64,000 bases of DNA, taken from NCBI RefSeq assembly GCF_026571515.1, contig NW_026865125.1, positions 1 to 64,000 on the forward strand. Reading direction: 5' to 3'. Source of the stretch: Ruditapes philippinarum (taxonomy: Eukaryota). Shown one piece after another: positions 13,653 to 26,741 of the stretch. Numbering within the stretch: the stretch's first letter is position 1; each line of letters begins with the position of its first letter. The notes under the pieces are model-generated. The model saw nothing but the letters and a program-made list of their open reading frames with translations. It was not told the DNA's origin and searched no databases. A program made the position numbers and the translations under genes.

Positions 13653-15855
13653 TAATAGGCATTATTATAATGTGTAATGAAATCAAGCAATAATATATCT
13701 TTCTTCTCTCATTATAGTCCTATAAATATGACGTCGCTTTGAGATATTTTTGCTACTGGGCAAAGCAACGTCATATCGAAATTGCTCAAAAACCCATAGC
13801 ATGTTCCGCCAGAAAATCGGGCGGAACGAAAAACAATTAAGACAACGTGTATTTACATTAGTTTTGACCTATTTATGAACAAAACTAAAAAATAAATACC
13901 TTTTGTCAAAATAATAAAACTGTCACATCCGAAAAATCATGATTAAATCCTCTCATGTATTTGAATTCCTTTTACAGCCGATAAACAAATGGCGACCGTA
14001 CAGTGCGCGAAATCTGATTGGCTAATTCAAATGCATGCGTTTAACTGAGTCAGAACATTCTAACGGATTTTTTTTTAACGAAATAATTGCCCATATATAC
14101 CGTCAGTGTGTTCAAATATATTTTTTCGTTCAAAAATTTGGAATCAATCTGTAAAGCACCTTGCTTAACCAGCATGGCTGATAGACAAAAATAGTTTGAT
14201 GTTTATGTTTTATTTTAATTTGATAAGTACATTGTTTCAGAGTTTTTATGTATGATTGAGCATGAAATTGAAAGAAAAGAAGATAAGCTTTTGAATAAAG
14301 CTTGAAAGGCAAGACAATAGACATTTTTTTAATTTTTAATGATGCTATGCGTTTTTGAGCAATAACTATTAAGACGTCTGGCTTGACCGACATAAACTAT
14401 AACAAGCCTGTAACGTCTTATATATTGGACTAATCTTATTACAATTCGATAAAAGTTACTGTTGTTGTCGTGAAAACAGTCCTTACTTAGGACATTACTT
14501 ATTCTGCAAAAAGTCTCAATCTCAAACTTAAAGTAAGAAAAATAGCAAACTATCACTTTTCTGCTGAAGAAAAAAAGTAATACAACCTTTCAAGAATGTA
14601 TTAAATAGAAAGGTTTGAGTTATTTCATAAAAATAATGGATACACGAACTTTGTTTGAAATTTGGCAAGTATCTAAACTGTAACCGAAATCTGGGTATAA
14701 ACTGTAACAAAATTGGATCAAAGTCGCTAGGTCTATGCTGTAACCATTCAAAATTAACCTCGCTCTATACTGTAACATTGTTTATTTTTTCAAACGCATT
14801 TTACCAACAGGAAAATAGGTTTAACTGATCATTTACTTTTATAAACGTTTCTAAACATAAAGGACTAACGTTTTGTAGATTTACTTTATCTAGGCATGCT
14901 TAAATAATGTCGGAATGGGAGAAAAATGCGTTGGTCTCTCGATTCAAATTTTTAAACCGTCAAATCTGCATATTTATGAGACAATATAGAGATAAATCTG
15001 CGGTGCAGGGTCTGAAGAAATATATGACTAGATACCGGATTCTGTTCCTTAAAAGCAAAGCACAAAAACATCTTTTAGAAACTACACTACTAGTAGTATG
15101 GCCCTGAATAAAAATCACCTACCTCTCTTCCCATAAATAATCCTCCATCTTGGAAATTCTATACTGTAACCGAAAAACGCGATACTGTAACACGTTCCCT
15201 ACGGTGATATATCAAAAACTCAAAATCATAATTTAGGTAAATAGTTCTCCACAGACATTGAAGTAAAAATGTTACAGTACAATATCACTCCGTATAAACA
15301 GCGAGATAGCTAGTCTTATAAATGTCCGTTGACTTTGTAATAATGTAATTTGAATGCATTTTCAGCTAAAGTTTCAACAATAATATGCATTAACATGTTT
15401 AAGCTTTATATAAATCATAACATATTTGTTAAAATGTTCTCTGCAATAGAGCCAGCCATCTTTATTGGCAGTCAGACTCTTGTCAAAACAAAACTGAAGA
15501 TAATATCATAGTAAACCTGACAAAAAAGTAAACTATACATGTATATGATAGACTTCACGATGAAGTACATTATATCTCATTTCTTATCTATTGTTTAGTA
15601 TATTATCAGCCATACATCCTGCCTGAAGATATATAATTCTTATCTCCTTGCCCATCATCACACGACTTGTAATCCTAGAGGGAGATTTCTTCGATCAACT
15701 TGTGTTGTCTTCTCCTCCTTTTGTACTCAATTTTCAGTTCGACAACTTGACATCTTAACATATCACATTGATAAGTGCCACTTTAGAGATTTTTTCATGA
15801 CACGTTGGAGATGAAGATTAACACTTTAGTTGTTAATGATTAAGATGGTATTGCT

Positions 15856-16734
15856 TCAGAAATACTTTTCATGTAATATCTGGACATAATTTTGACCTTC
15901 CTCAATTTTACAATCCAGCTCTATTCCGGCTAACTGCTGACCCCAACTGCAGTGAGTGGTCTCCCCGAGTTTATATACCTTACACTGTACACTCAGTTTC
16001 AAATAAACACCGTTATCTAGCTGAAATATAGAATGATTTCTGCATTAAAACATCTTTACACAAATTTGACTTGAATTTGCCAACAGTAGTATTAATCAGC
16101 CAAAGGACGTAATTTTAATATATTTTACATTTGAAGATGTATACACATATAAATATAATTGATATAACTAATAAAGGGACATGTGATAATATCAATTTTA
16201 ATCAACTACACGGGGAATTATCCTGAAATCATAAAAGGATGCTTACATCTAGTACAAAAAGAAGTTCCCTCCGCTTGCCTCGTCTGCAGACGTCAACGCT
16301 CACTGTCTCATAGTGTGTGACGTAAGTCCTCGTGTCCTCGTACTCGTCATTGTTGTCATGACAACGATCTATTTTATTAGCTTCCCCATTTAGTAAGAGT
16401 TTTCTGAAACAAGAAATTAAGTGATCCTACTAGATTATAGTCACTAAAACAACGTAAACAACCCATCTTGATACACTTCATTTTCTTAAACATAATGAAT
16501 TGAATAGTACAAATTACTTTAAATAATGATTACTTGCTTTTTTATTTGAAGATTTCTTAGATATAAACGGTTATTATTTAGTTATAGTTTTTGACATCTC
16601 AGAAAAAACAACAACGAAAAAAACCCAAAACAAATAAACTAAGGGGCCTTCCTAGAATTGAATTTATTGATATCTTCTTAAGACGTATTTCATGAAAATT
16701 ATATAAGGATAATTTAAAGTGCTTATATTATTCC

Positions 16735-16765
<31 letters not shown>

Positions 16766-17352
16766 TGAATTATGAAATAAGGATAGATTTTTTTCATTCA
16801 TTATTAGGGGGAAACTAAAGCGCATATTCAACTCTTTTTAGGTCTTGTACAGGAACAGGTCCTAATAAAGTATATTGTTTTAAGTTTTGCTGATATTTGT
16901 CATAACCTATAAGGATATAAATAGATTATCGATGTCAAAGTCCAAACATGATAAACAATGTTGACCTACTTACAGCCATGTATTCAACTTGAAATGAAGA
17001 TATAATAAATTTGTTTCAGTCCATGATAGATCTATATAAAACAGGATTTATATAAAATGTTATGTAATGCTCACTTATTTTTCCTATAACCTATTTACAA
17101 CTAAATGATCTTCATATAAGTAAGAAATCTAATGCTTCAAATATGTAATAATGCATGTAAATATAATATGAAATATTTAACCTACTCAATACCCATCGCC
17201 GGATTAAGCGTAAACATGATATCATATTCCTTGTCGGCGTTCATTTTCACTGTATGAGTTTGTTCGAACCTCTGACCGTCATGTTTATAAAATACCGCCT
17301 TCCCGGAATCACGCTCAATAATTCGCACACTTAGCTTAAAATTTGTATCCAT
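15856..17352 (-). CDS. CNRIP1: CNRIP1 paralog B (162 aa); exons 17352-17186, 16403-16247, 16020-15856
   Basis: MDTNFKLSVR...YKHDGQRFEQTHTVKMNADKEY...YETVSVDVCRRGKRR...VQCKVYKLGETTHCSWGQQLAGIELDCK...HEKYF*. Exons are 167/157/165 nt, GT-AG, with no stops. Each exon is under 60 aa, so the gene is absent from the ORF track. Confidence 0.95.
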
Positions 17353-18583
17353 CCTAGATCATGTAGGAAGTAAGTCTTTAAATTGTCTTAAATTACAGAA
17401 CGCAAAGTCCAAAGTACCTTCATCAGTTAATTCCACAGCTAAATTACGCGTAATTATATCATATTATGGAATTAAGACTATTTATCAGTAACGTGAAAGA
17501 TTCCACTAATAAAGGCCAGCTGATTTATCCGATAATGTAAACAATATCACAACTCTGTAAGCTGTACATTCCTCCCTTCTTAAACTACCTTTAACCTTGA
17601 AACTATTTTATATTGCCATAAAAACTTGTAAATAATGTGTACTCTAGACTGTAGTGTTATTTACGACAGTCGTTAATATCTAGGTCAGTGTAAAGTTAAA
17701 GTTTTCATATCACTGTGGTCATTTTACTTCCTGTCATAATTCGGAAACATCTAAATAACTTAATTATGTGTCAATCATGACCGACCAGATCTTTATCTTA
17801 TATCGTTTGTTAGATACGGTATTTTTTACATTATAGAGACGCGTTAATTTGCATGTTCCTGTCAACTTCAATTATGATTAATTGTTTCCTGTCTCGTTCT
17901 GTCAACAAATCTAGACTGGTAACTAAATCTTCATACACTATGATGGGAAATATTTACGTAAACGATAATACTTAATGTGCTAAATATACGTTACTTTTAT
18001 TCCCAGTCTTATATATGCTAAATTTACGTTACTTTTGTTCCCATTCTAAATTTACGTTACTTTTGTTCCCAGTCTTGAAATTATCACAGCTTAGGACAAG
18101 GTCATTTGCAAATCTTGCAAAAAAATCCGTGTTGTTATAGTCATCATATTAGCAGTCGATTTTTTATATTAAATCCTTTAAATGTAGTTCTAGGCAAAAT
18201 GTAATAGAATTAGTGAATACAATATTATATGGGTCAATTTAGTTTACCAAGTTTAAAAAAGCGACTAAACTGTATTAAATAGAGTTAGTTCATTTAAGTT
18301 TACTTCTTCTCTGTTTCAAATGTTTAAGGAGGTATAAGAATCAAAACACTGACAGTACGATAAAACATGCGAAATATTAAAGAACAACTAAAGGAAAAAC
18401 TTTCAGTCATGGATAATACTCATTAAATGCATATATCGAAATCGAATTGAGCAATGATTATGGTGGCTCCAGACGAATAACATAAAAAGAATACTTTGCA
18501 GGTTGTTTCGATTAATCACACATTAGTTGCGGTATGTAAAAAAGTGTTACTTTCCAGTTAAATATAAGGGAAAATTAATTAAC

Positions 18584-18584
18584 T

Positions 18585-18630
<46 letters not shown>
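18584..18630. repeat. (AG)n microsatellite
   Basis: agagagagag...acagagacagagagacagag. Confidence 0.95.
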
Positions 18631-18631
<1 letters not shown>

Positions 18632-19011
18632 TGTATTGCAACTTTGATACAAACATACACAGATAGAAAATAAGAAATGACGACTGATTCGATATAAACA
18701 AAGTTAATATTTATAGTTATATATTCATGGTAATATAGGCATCCATTATACTTGTATTTGCAAATAGAACGTCCAAACACAATAAGAATATGTGAAGAAG
18801 AATTATTTTTGTGACACTGATTTGATCAAGATGTATATTATACAGAATCGTAAAATTCTCCATTATTAAAACCTGAATATCCTGCTTTCAGTGTGTTCAG
18901 TTCATTAATAAAGTACCGTCCAGTAATAAGTTAATTAATCAACGTTTTGGTATATATATTTATGTGCGCTCTTCGACTTCCGTTCATGCAAAGCTTTTCA
19001 ACCGACATTTT

Positions 19012-22000
19012 CACGGGGGAGGAAGTGTTACACGAAGGATAAAGTTCTGATGGTAACTTGTTAAGGAGTTCTTGTGATAACTGTCACGGAGGTCGTCGGC
19101 AAACATCTGTATATACTACAAAAACTCCCGTCAAAAATGGTTATTTTCATCGTTCAAAAATGAGTTTAAGGTGCTAAATTAAACTTTAATGATTAAGCTT
19201 GTATTACATCTTGTATTATGTGTCAAAGCCTAATTCACAGACCATTTTTCATCGCCTCTTGCTATAAATCTGGTAGTTTTGAGTAAAACTTCAAAATTAT
19301 TTCCCAATTCACAAGTTTTGACCGGTTTATTTCTGGTCTTCATCTTAGCTATACATAATTACCTAATCATAATGCAAAATTGCAAACATAAAGCACAGGC
19401 TAACAGATTTGTACCCGATTTTTCAAATGCCCCGGAGTTCTTGTGATAACTCTGAAGATGTCACAGAGTTCTTATGATAACTTTTGTTATTGCCAGTGTG
19501 TTTCTTGCGCTAAATCACGGCACGTTTTGGCGTTTATTGTCATTCAATAAGATTGTAAATCATTATGAAATGCAGTACGATCATCCTTTGCACAAAAATG
19601 TGTCTGCAAAGGATGTATAGGTGGTAGGCTATCATCTACAGTAAAAATTGATCCAGCGGCCACTGATATTCAGCAGTATAATGGCTTAAACCACAAAACA
19701 AAAATGTCTCAAAACGTACACGTTGTTCTCAGTTTCACATGTTTTAAGCAATCACCATCTTAAGCAGACAATATATAGGCATGCTTCCCTTATCTAAGGG
19801 CTAAGTAATTTGTATCATTTTATACAATAATAAATGAATATATAACCAGGATAATTTTCACACCTATGTATTTAAAAAGTACGATACATGATTAAAACTC
19901 AACTGCGGTTGGCTCTCACTACCGATTTCTCGAACGAATTTGAACTGTCCCTCCAGGTTCACAATCCGGTCAACTCGTCACGTGGTCAACTCGTCCCGTG
20001 GTCATCTCGACACCTTTTTGGTCAACTCGTCCCCTACTTTTGGTCAACTCGTCCTCAAAGAGTCAACTCGTCAATAATATGGTCAAATCGTCCCCTACTT
20101 TTGATCAACTCGTCGCAATCCGGTCAACTCGTCCCGTGGTCAACTCGTCCCGTGGTCATCTCGACACCTTTTTGATCTACTCGTCCCCTACTTTTGGTCA
20201 ACTCGTCCTCAAAGAGTCAACTTGATCGTCCCTAATACGGTGTTATGTATGCAACATATTACATGTATATAGTTTATTTCTGACAAGTTGGTATTTCCAA
20301 TATTATCACTGTTATATTTTTAGAACATAAATTACATGTGTACCTTAGTAAATGTAAACAAAAGATTTAACAAGAAGTTTCTTAACTGTTGTAGAAAATT
20401 CTAGATTATGATTCATGCATTATATTTAGATAGAAATTTCCAGATTATTCTTTACTGTTGAAGGTGCTAGATTATGATTACTGAAGAATATGAAGAACAT
20501 AAAAGACTGATCTGGAATGATCTTAGCTAAAACATATAAGTGGACATTTTTCAGTTTCTTTACTTTTTAAGTCATCAATATACTTGGAGTATTATTCAAC
20601 TTGGATATTAAGCTTGGATTTTAAAATAGATTAAATTATTCTTGTGGATTTAACTTGGATTTAACTGTGCTGTTCAAAAAGGGATCATTCCAGGATCAGA
20701 CTAGACATTTGAGATTTACAATACTCATCAAACATCGACAGAAAAATATGCATGAAAATACCATATTTGAGTATTTCAAAGCGCATTTTATCACGTACAT
20801 AAATGCCCTATTGGTTTCATATCAGTTCCCGGTCCCAAATCGCACTTTTTAACAAATAAAATAAAAATCTGTCTACCGAAGAGTGCAAACTTTGACAGAA
20901 CAAATTTAGGTACCTGTCCAGCATTACCATGTTTTAATATTGCTCTTTTATTTTACATTTTAATGGAATAAAGGCCTGAGATGTAACACCTTTGCTCACA
21001 TTTATTCAAAATTTCATAGCATGCAGTTTTTCGGACCTTTTTTTATTTTGAATATAATTCAGTACCAATAAGCGATGTTAAGCTGGGTTTTTCAAATAGA
21101 TATAACTTCCCAAACTTTTCCGTGTCGTCTGCAGATATATTGTTTAAAAGTAGTGATTTACCTAGAATAGGATTTCAGTTATTTTGCATAGAATTCCCCA
21201 GTTGTTGCTTGTAAGTGTCACAAGTTCTCTAATGTAACTTAAAACAACAGACAAAACTTTGAAACATATTAATCGCTGTATTATAACTGCTGTTTAACAT
21301 AGAAAACAAATGTTTTTCTGACTGATGCAGTAACATAGATGCTTAACTGAGAAACAATAGTCTGTATGCCTGGATGAAAATGATAAAGGGCTAGAATACT
21401 GCTAGGAGCCGAAAACCATTACATAAATCCTTTTTCCAGTCAACGAAATCTGCGTCAAACATCAAAAAATCTATGAAAAAGAAACGGGGTACGAAATAAT
21501 ATCTTTAGAACTAAAATTCACTCAAGACCAACATTATATATGCTATTGTTTTTGCGCAAAGGATGAGCGTACTACATTTCATATTGATTTACACAATCTT
21601 ATTGAATGACAATAAACGCCAAAACGTGCCGTGATTAAGCGCAAAAAACATACTGGCAATAACAAAGGTTATCATAAGAACTCTGTGACATCTTCAGAGT
21701 TATCACAAGAACTCCGGGACATTTGAAAAATCGGGTACAAATCTGTTAGCCTGTGTTTTATGTTTGCAATTTTGCATTATAATTAGGTAATTATGTATGC
21801 CAAGGATGAAGACCAGAAATAAACCGGTCAATACTTGTGAATTGGCAAAAAATTTGGAAATTTTAATTTTACTGAAAACTTCCAGATTTATAGCAAGAGG
21901 CGATTAAAAATGGCATGTGGTTTATTTTTTGACACGTAATAAAAGATGTAAGACCAGCTTAATTATTAAAGTTTAATTTAGCACCTAAAACTCATTTTTG

Positions 22001-22143
22001 AACGATGAAAATAACCATTTTTAACGAGTGTTTTTGTAATATATACAGATGTTTTCCGACGACCTCCGTGACAGTTATCACAAGAACTCCTGAACAAATT
22101 ATCATAAGAACTCCATCCTTCGTGTAACACTTCCTCCCCCGTT
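19012..22143. mobile_element. Non-autonomous DNA transposon, family 2 (~600-bp TIRs, CACGGGGGAGGAAGTGTTACA terminus); TSD degraded
   Basis: 19012-~19612 is the reverse complement of ~21555-22143; repeated GAGTTCTTRTGATAACT motifs; same terminus as 48680-51383. Confidence 0.88.
19967..20230. repeat. Array of GGTCAACTCGTCC motifs (about 14 copies, internally duplicated block)
   Basis: ggtcaactcgtc recurs every 13-23 bp; the block 19965-20070 is repeated at 20119-20222. Confidence 0.85.
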
Positions 22144-23341
22144 TCTTACGGCACTTAAATTGTATTTATGCAGAACATATCAATCTGCCTGTAAATCGCT
22201 GTTACACGTGCTTTATCGTATATATTCGTATACATATCAATTGAAATACTTATATAAAGTTAAAGTACTGATGTATGGTATATTTTGAATTTTGAAAGAT
22301 TATTTTTTATACTTCAATTTTTCATCTCAATAATCATTTCCTTAAAGGGTAATTAGGTACAACATATTGAGTATTGACCAGGACTTTTACATCCACACAA
22401 AACAAGGCACACATATATCAATCATATTGTTCGAATTGTTCTCTTATTGAACGTATCTTAAATTACAGCAATGTATATTGTATTGTTTATTTTTTCGTAG
22501 CCTTACTAGGTGCTATTCCGACTGGATTTTGTTGGAGCGTCGTTTTGCCTTGTGGGTCTTTAAGATCATTTTTTGTTATATTTGTTTAATAATCAATTTC
22601 TCTGGTGAATAAAACCATATTAGTTTATCTTAAAGCATGCATACTGTACTATATATATAGCGTTGATCTATAATGTATAACTACTAGATGAGCACGCGGT
22701 ACAATATAAGTCACCGTGCCAGAACGAGACATACCGAGATTCTAGTGAACTATATCTTAATTGTATGTCTTTATATACACGATGTAAACGTACCTATAGT
22801 GTAACAATATATAAAGAAAGTAGATCAGTATGCAGTGTTTCTATTCTATTTATATTCTATATAAAGTTCAGTACATGTATTATGAATATATACATGTTCA
22901 GTGAATTGAATGGACATTACATTAAGAGATGTTTTAAATTAGTATAGTGCACATGTTGACATGCGAAAATTGCATGAAAATGTCTAGTTATAGTGTTATT
23001 TAAATAATATTTAATTTTAAATTTATGCTTAAACATGTATTAATTTTTACAATTATGTGACTTGAATATATCTTGTATTAAATAGCATATTGTACAGGAC
23101 TATACTGCAGATGTTGAATCATTCGACAATGATATCTCAGAATGAATCAGGAATCAATAAATGCACGTGAGAAGCTATCACACGCTCAATAGCAGACGCA
23201 GATTCCGTTTAGTGATGTTGAAAATGCAATACAAGAATTTTTAACAAACTGATGAAATTTGATACTGTTATTTAGTGATACTAAAATAAAATACGGGGAC
23301 GTCCTGCATCACGTAAATTATATAAAGGTATTTTTAACAAA

Positions 23342-24741
23342 ATGACAACGGAATTTAAAGTGAAATTACGGCTTGTGGACAAGAAAAGTGGAGAAGTTGT
23401 TAGTTATAAACAAGATGGTGAGAGATTTGGTCAGGCTGTCACTGTAAAGTTGAGTACAGATACGGAGTATGAGATTAGTGTAGCTACCCGACCTGCAATC
23501 ATCATTGAGTATAAATATTACCATTTATATTTGATTTATTTATCAGCCTAATCAAACTATTAATAAAAATAACAAATTAAAGATTGTAGTATAATCAAGC
23601 AAAGAAAATAAACATTTTATGGTTTCACATACATTTGTGAAACGAATTTACAATAAATATGTAAATCTTTTTCGATAATACTTATTTTTTACAATTAAAA
23701 AAACATTTACATACTGTAACTTACAAATGACAAATTTATATAAAAGATGAAATCGAAAAACATACAGAGGAAATAACAATTAACCTGGCATTTACACATA
23801 TTTAAATAGGTATTCAAAGTAGTTTCTTTTATAAGAGATTTGTTATTTCGTACTACGTGACTTGAATATGTTTTATATTTTATTCTAAAGGAGGCTTATG
23901 ATAAACGGAGAATCTCAGACATTATCAGATAATATTGCTGTAGGTAATAGAGATGACAGAGATTCTAAAACGTATATTATACATTACTCAACTATTGGAT
24001 ATGACGTCAGCAAAGGCGGAAGCAGAAAAAATATTCCATTATCATTTGAAGTAAAATATATTGTCTATTTTATTTGTTTCTGTTCGTTTGTAAAATGTTT
24101 ACTGTTCCTGTCTTCGCAAATAACACTCCTATCTAGTTTTTTTAAAATTTTAAACTAATCAGTGGAAGATATTAATCATATTATGCTAAAACAGCGAGAA
24201 ACAGTGACTCAGTGACAAAATAAGACAGTGATAAAGACGATGGTTGAAAGTTATATAAACATATTTCTATGAATTGCCAGTGTAAATTATTGATAAAAAA
24301 GACTTTTTTTTAAGAAAAAGGATAGTCCGTAGACCATTCCACATCTTATTTAAATATCGTGATCTTTATTTTAAGAAATTGAACTTTAATTTCTGTTCAT
24401 TCTAACGCTTCGAAATTTGTGAAGTTAGCAGTCTGGCCACCTAGCAGCCTAATGAAAAATGAAAACTAAGGATAGTACAAACATGAAAACCGTCGGAAAT
24501 GAATCGGTAGCACACACTAAGACCATTCCGCATCTTATTGCAATATCTGTTCTGTATAAACACGATATATATTTAGTTTCAGGATGGTAAAACAATGAAA
24601 ACAAGTCTTCAGTGCAAGTTTTATAGAACAGGAGAAAAGAGTCATTCGCATTGGGGTCAGACACTTTCAGCCATTGATATAGACTGTAAGGCAGAAGAGG
24701 GACGCTCTTATATCACTCTGACAAAAGAAAAATATCTGTGA
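23342..24741 (+). CDS. CNRIP1: CNRIP1 paralog C (163 aa); exons 23342-23508, 23891-24050, 24577-24741
   Basis: MTTEFKVKLR...YKQDGERFGQAVTVKLSTDTEY...YSTIGYDVSKGGSRK...LQCKFYRTGEKSHSHWGQTLSAIDIDCK...KEKYL*. Exons are 167/160/165 nt; AATAAA at 24785. Confidence 0.95.
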
Positions 24742-24994
24742 TATTAAACACATAATGTAACTATTCAAATATAAATAGATTCTCAATAAAGAAGTCGAAA
24801 AATTCATTATATTCTCATCTATATAAATTGCTTTCCGCGATTTTTATAAGCAGACGATACAAAGTACATAGTGCTTTATTATATACTGACTTATTTGTTA
24901 TGGATTGGTTGTGAGTTTAGTCTTACCTACATGAGAGATCTTAAATATTCGGTACCCCTGTATATATTATTTTATGTACACCCAGACAAATGTT

Positions 24995-25955
24995 TTAAAA
25001 TAGAGAAATACAGAATCCCTAAAGAAAGCCCAACACAACAAAATTGAAAATGTTGCAGGCTCGGTTTGATTGAGCCTTTTCATGGACGGTACTGAAAAGT
25101 GCAAGTTACCGTCCACGCCCCCTAGCACCGGCTTAAGCAGAATTCAACATTTACACGAAAATGGTGAAATTTTGAAATTTGAATTTAGAAACATCCGCAG
25201 ATGTGTTCATACGGCGGTTATCATGGAACCTTCAATGTGACACAGGAGTGCCATTCCATGAAAAGCGGCGTATGGTCCCCAAGTAAAAGAATGCTTTTGC
25301 CCCTAAACGAGAAAACAATTGGCGGAACTAAATAAAATGGAATTTTGAAAGGGGATCGGAGGTTATGAAGCCTGCATATCACAGATAACACGTCAAATGA
25401 CAAATTTAAAAAGCAGGCAGCATATCCTAAGGCTGATTATACAGTATTTCCTTGATGATCCTGCTTATCATATTTCAAGTAGGAATACTGGAACCACCCA
25501 AAGCGAAAATGAAGAAACTAAAAGTACCACACTACATGTATACACAACAATAATGTCGTGTTGAACGATGTTCAAGGATCGAAAATATAACATCATTGAT
25601 TAAATGTACGGGGAGACATTTTACAGCCGCCACATGGCACAAATAACACGGATGTGATAATAAAATAGAGAAATAAAGAATCCCTAAAGAAAGCCCAACA
25701 CAACAAAATTGAAAATGTTGCAGGATCGGTTTGATTGAGCCTGTTCATGGACGGTACTGAAAAATGCAAGTTACCGTCCACACCCAGTAGCACCGGCTTA
25801 AGCAGAATTCAACATTTACATGAAAATGGTGAAATTTTGAATTTAGAAACATCCGCAGATGTGTTCATACGGCGGTTATCACGGAACCTTCAATGTGACA
25901 CAGGAGTGCCATTCCATGAAAAGCGGCGTATGGTTCCCAAGTAAAAGAATGCTTA
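24995..25955 (+). mobile_element. Two tandem partial copies of the MITE family seen at 13052-13652
   Basis: aaaatagagaaata.agaatccctaaagaaagcccaacacaacaaaattgaaaatgttgcagg... at ~24997 and ~25662, near-identical over about 290 bp. Confidence 0.8.
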
Positions 25956-26741
25956 AACCGCATACCTCTGCAACCTATATGAAGAAACAAAATTTATAAT
26001 CAGAGATTCGAACCAATTAAGAGGAATAAGTGATTTAATAATGACCTTTAATTCCCAATCATTTTTGATGCGCGGAATGGTCAACTATGATACTTACTTT
26101 CAACAAGGAGGTGAAATATAAAATGTCTGCAAGTTTTAACATACCATTTTAATGATATTTGCTTTGAAACTTATACTACGTGCACTGGAATCGAATCGTT
26201 ATTGATTCAAAATCGTTATTGAGTTATAAAATCAGGCGGAAAATTATTATACAAATTCTGTGCATGTTAATTAATTGAAGAAAGGTGCATATATTTCTAT
26301 GATTTGCTGACAGTAGCACACATTAAGATTTCTGTGACGTGCTAAAACAGTTTGTAGTCTTATATCAATTTACGTATGAAACCTAACTTCTTGTTTTGAT
26401 TCAAAGCAATTAATATTTGGACTATAGGACTAAGTTTGCATTTTGTGATATGTGTCCTCAGAGTTTTAATTACATTTATTAACATGGCGACGTATACTAT
26501 TTTAATTCAGTCATAGTTTTTAAGCAGGAAGTGAAATAGGTAATAAACAATGTCTCTGCTTTTGACAATTATTATACAACTATGACACAAAAGATTATTT
26601 ACCTAAGGCTCGTAAACCATTAGCCAGGGTTCTGATTGATTTTGTATGTGCTTCTGGCCGGCAAAGTTTGTTATGAGTAAGCAAAAGATTTCAACGCTCG
26701 TATACCATATAACAACAGTCAGTCATATCAGCACGATATCA

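Larger units (their letters stand above)
11752..15206. mobile_element. Non-autonomous DNA transposon, family 1: ~540-bp TIRs, CAC terminus, 5-bp TSD ATATA (Transib/RAG-like signature)
   Basis: 11752-~12290 is the reverse complement of ~14672-15206. Termini are caacgtagggaacgtgttaca / tgtaacacgttccctacggtg. ATATA at 11747-11751 and 15207-15211. Repeated GTTACAGTWTA motifs lie in the arms; no transposase ORF. Confidence 0.88.

Noticed and set aside
11851-15107. Mirror-image ORF pairs 11851-12051/14907-15107 (and 48887-49138/50899-51096) as duplicated small genes
   Set aside because: They are by-products of terminal inverted repeats, with no domain motifs or splice structure.
19967-20230. CRISPR-like appearance of short repeats with intervening sequence (also 6405-6840 and 52200-53330)
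   Set aside because: The spacers are themselves repeated or absent, there are no cas genes, and the context is eukaryotic; these are TE-associated tandem repeats.
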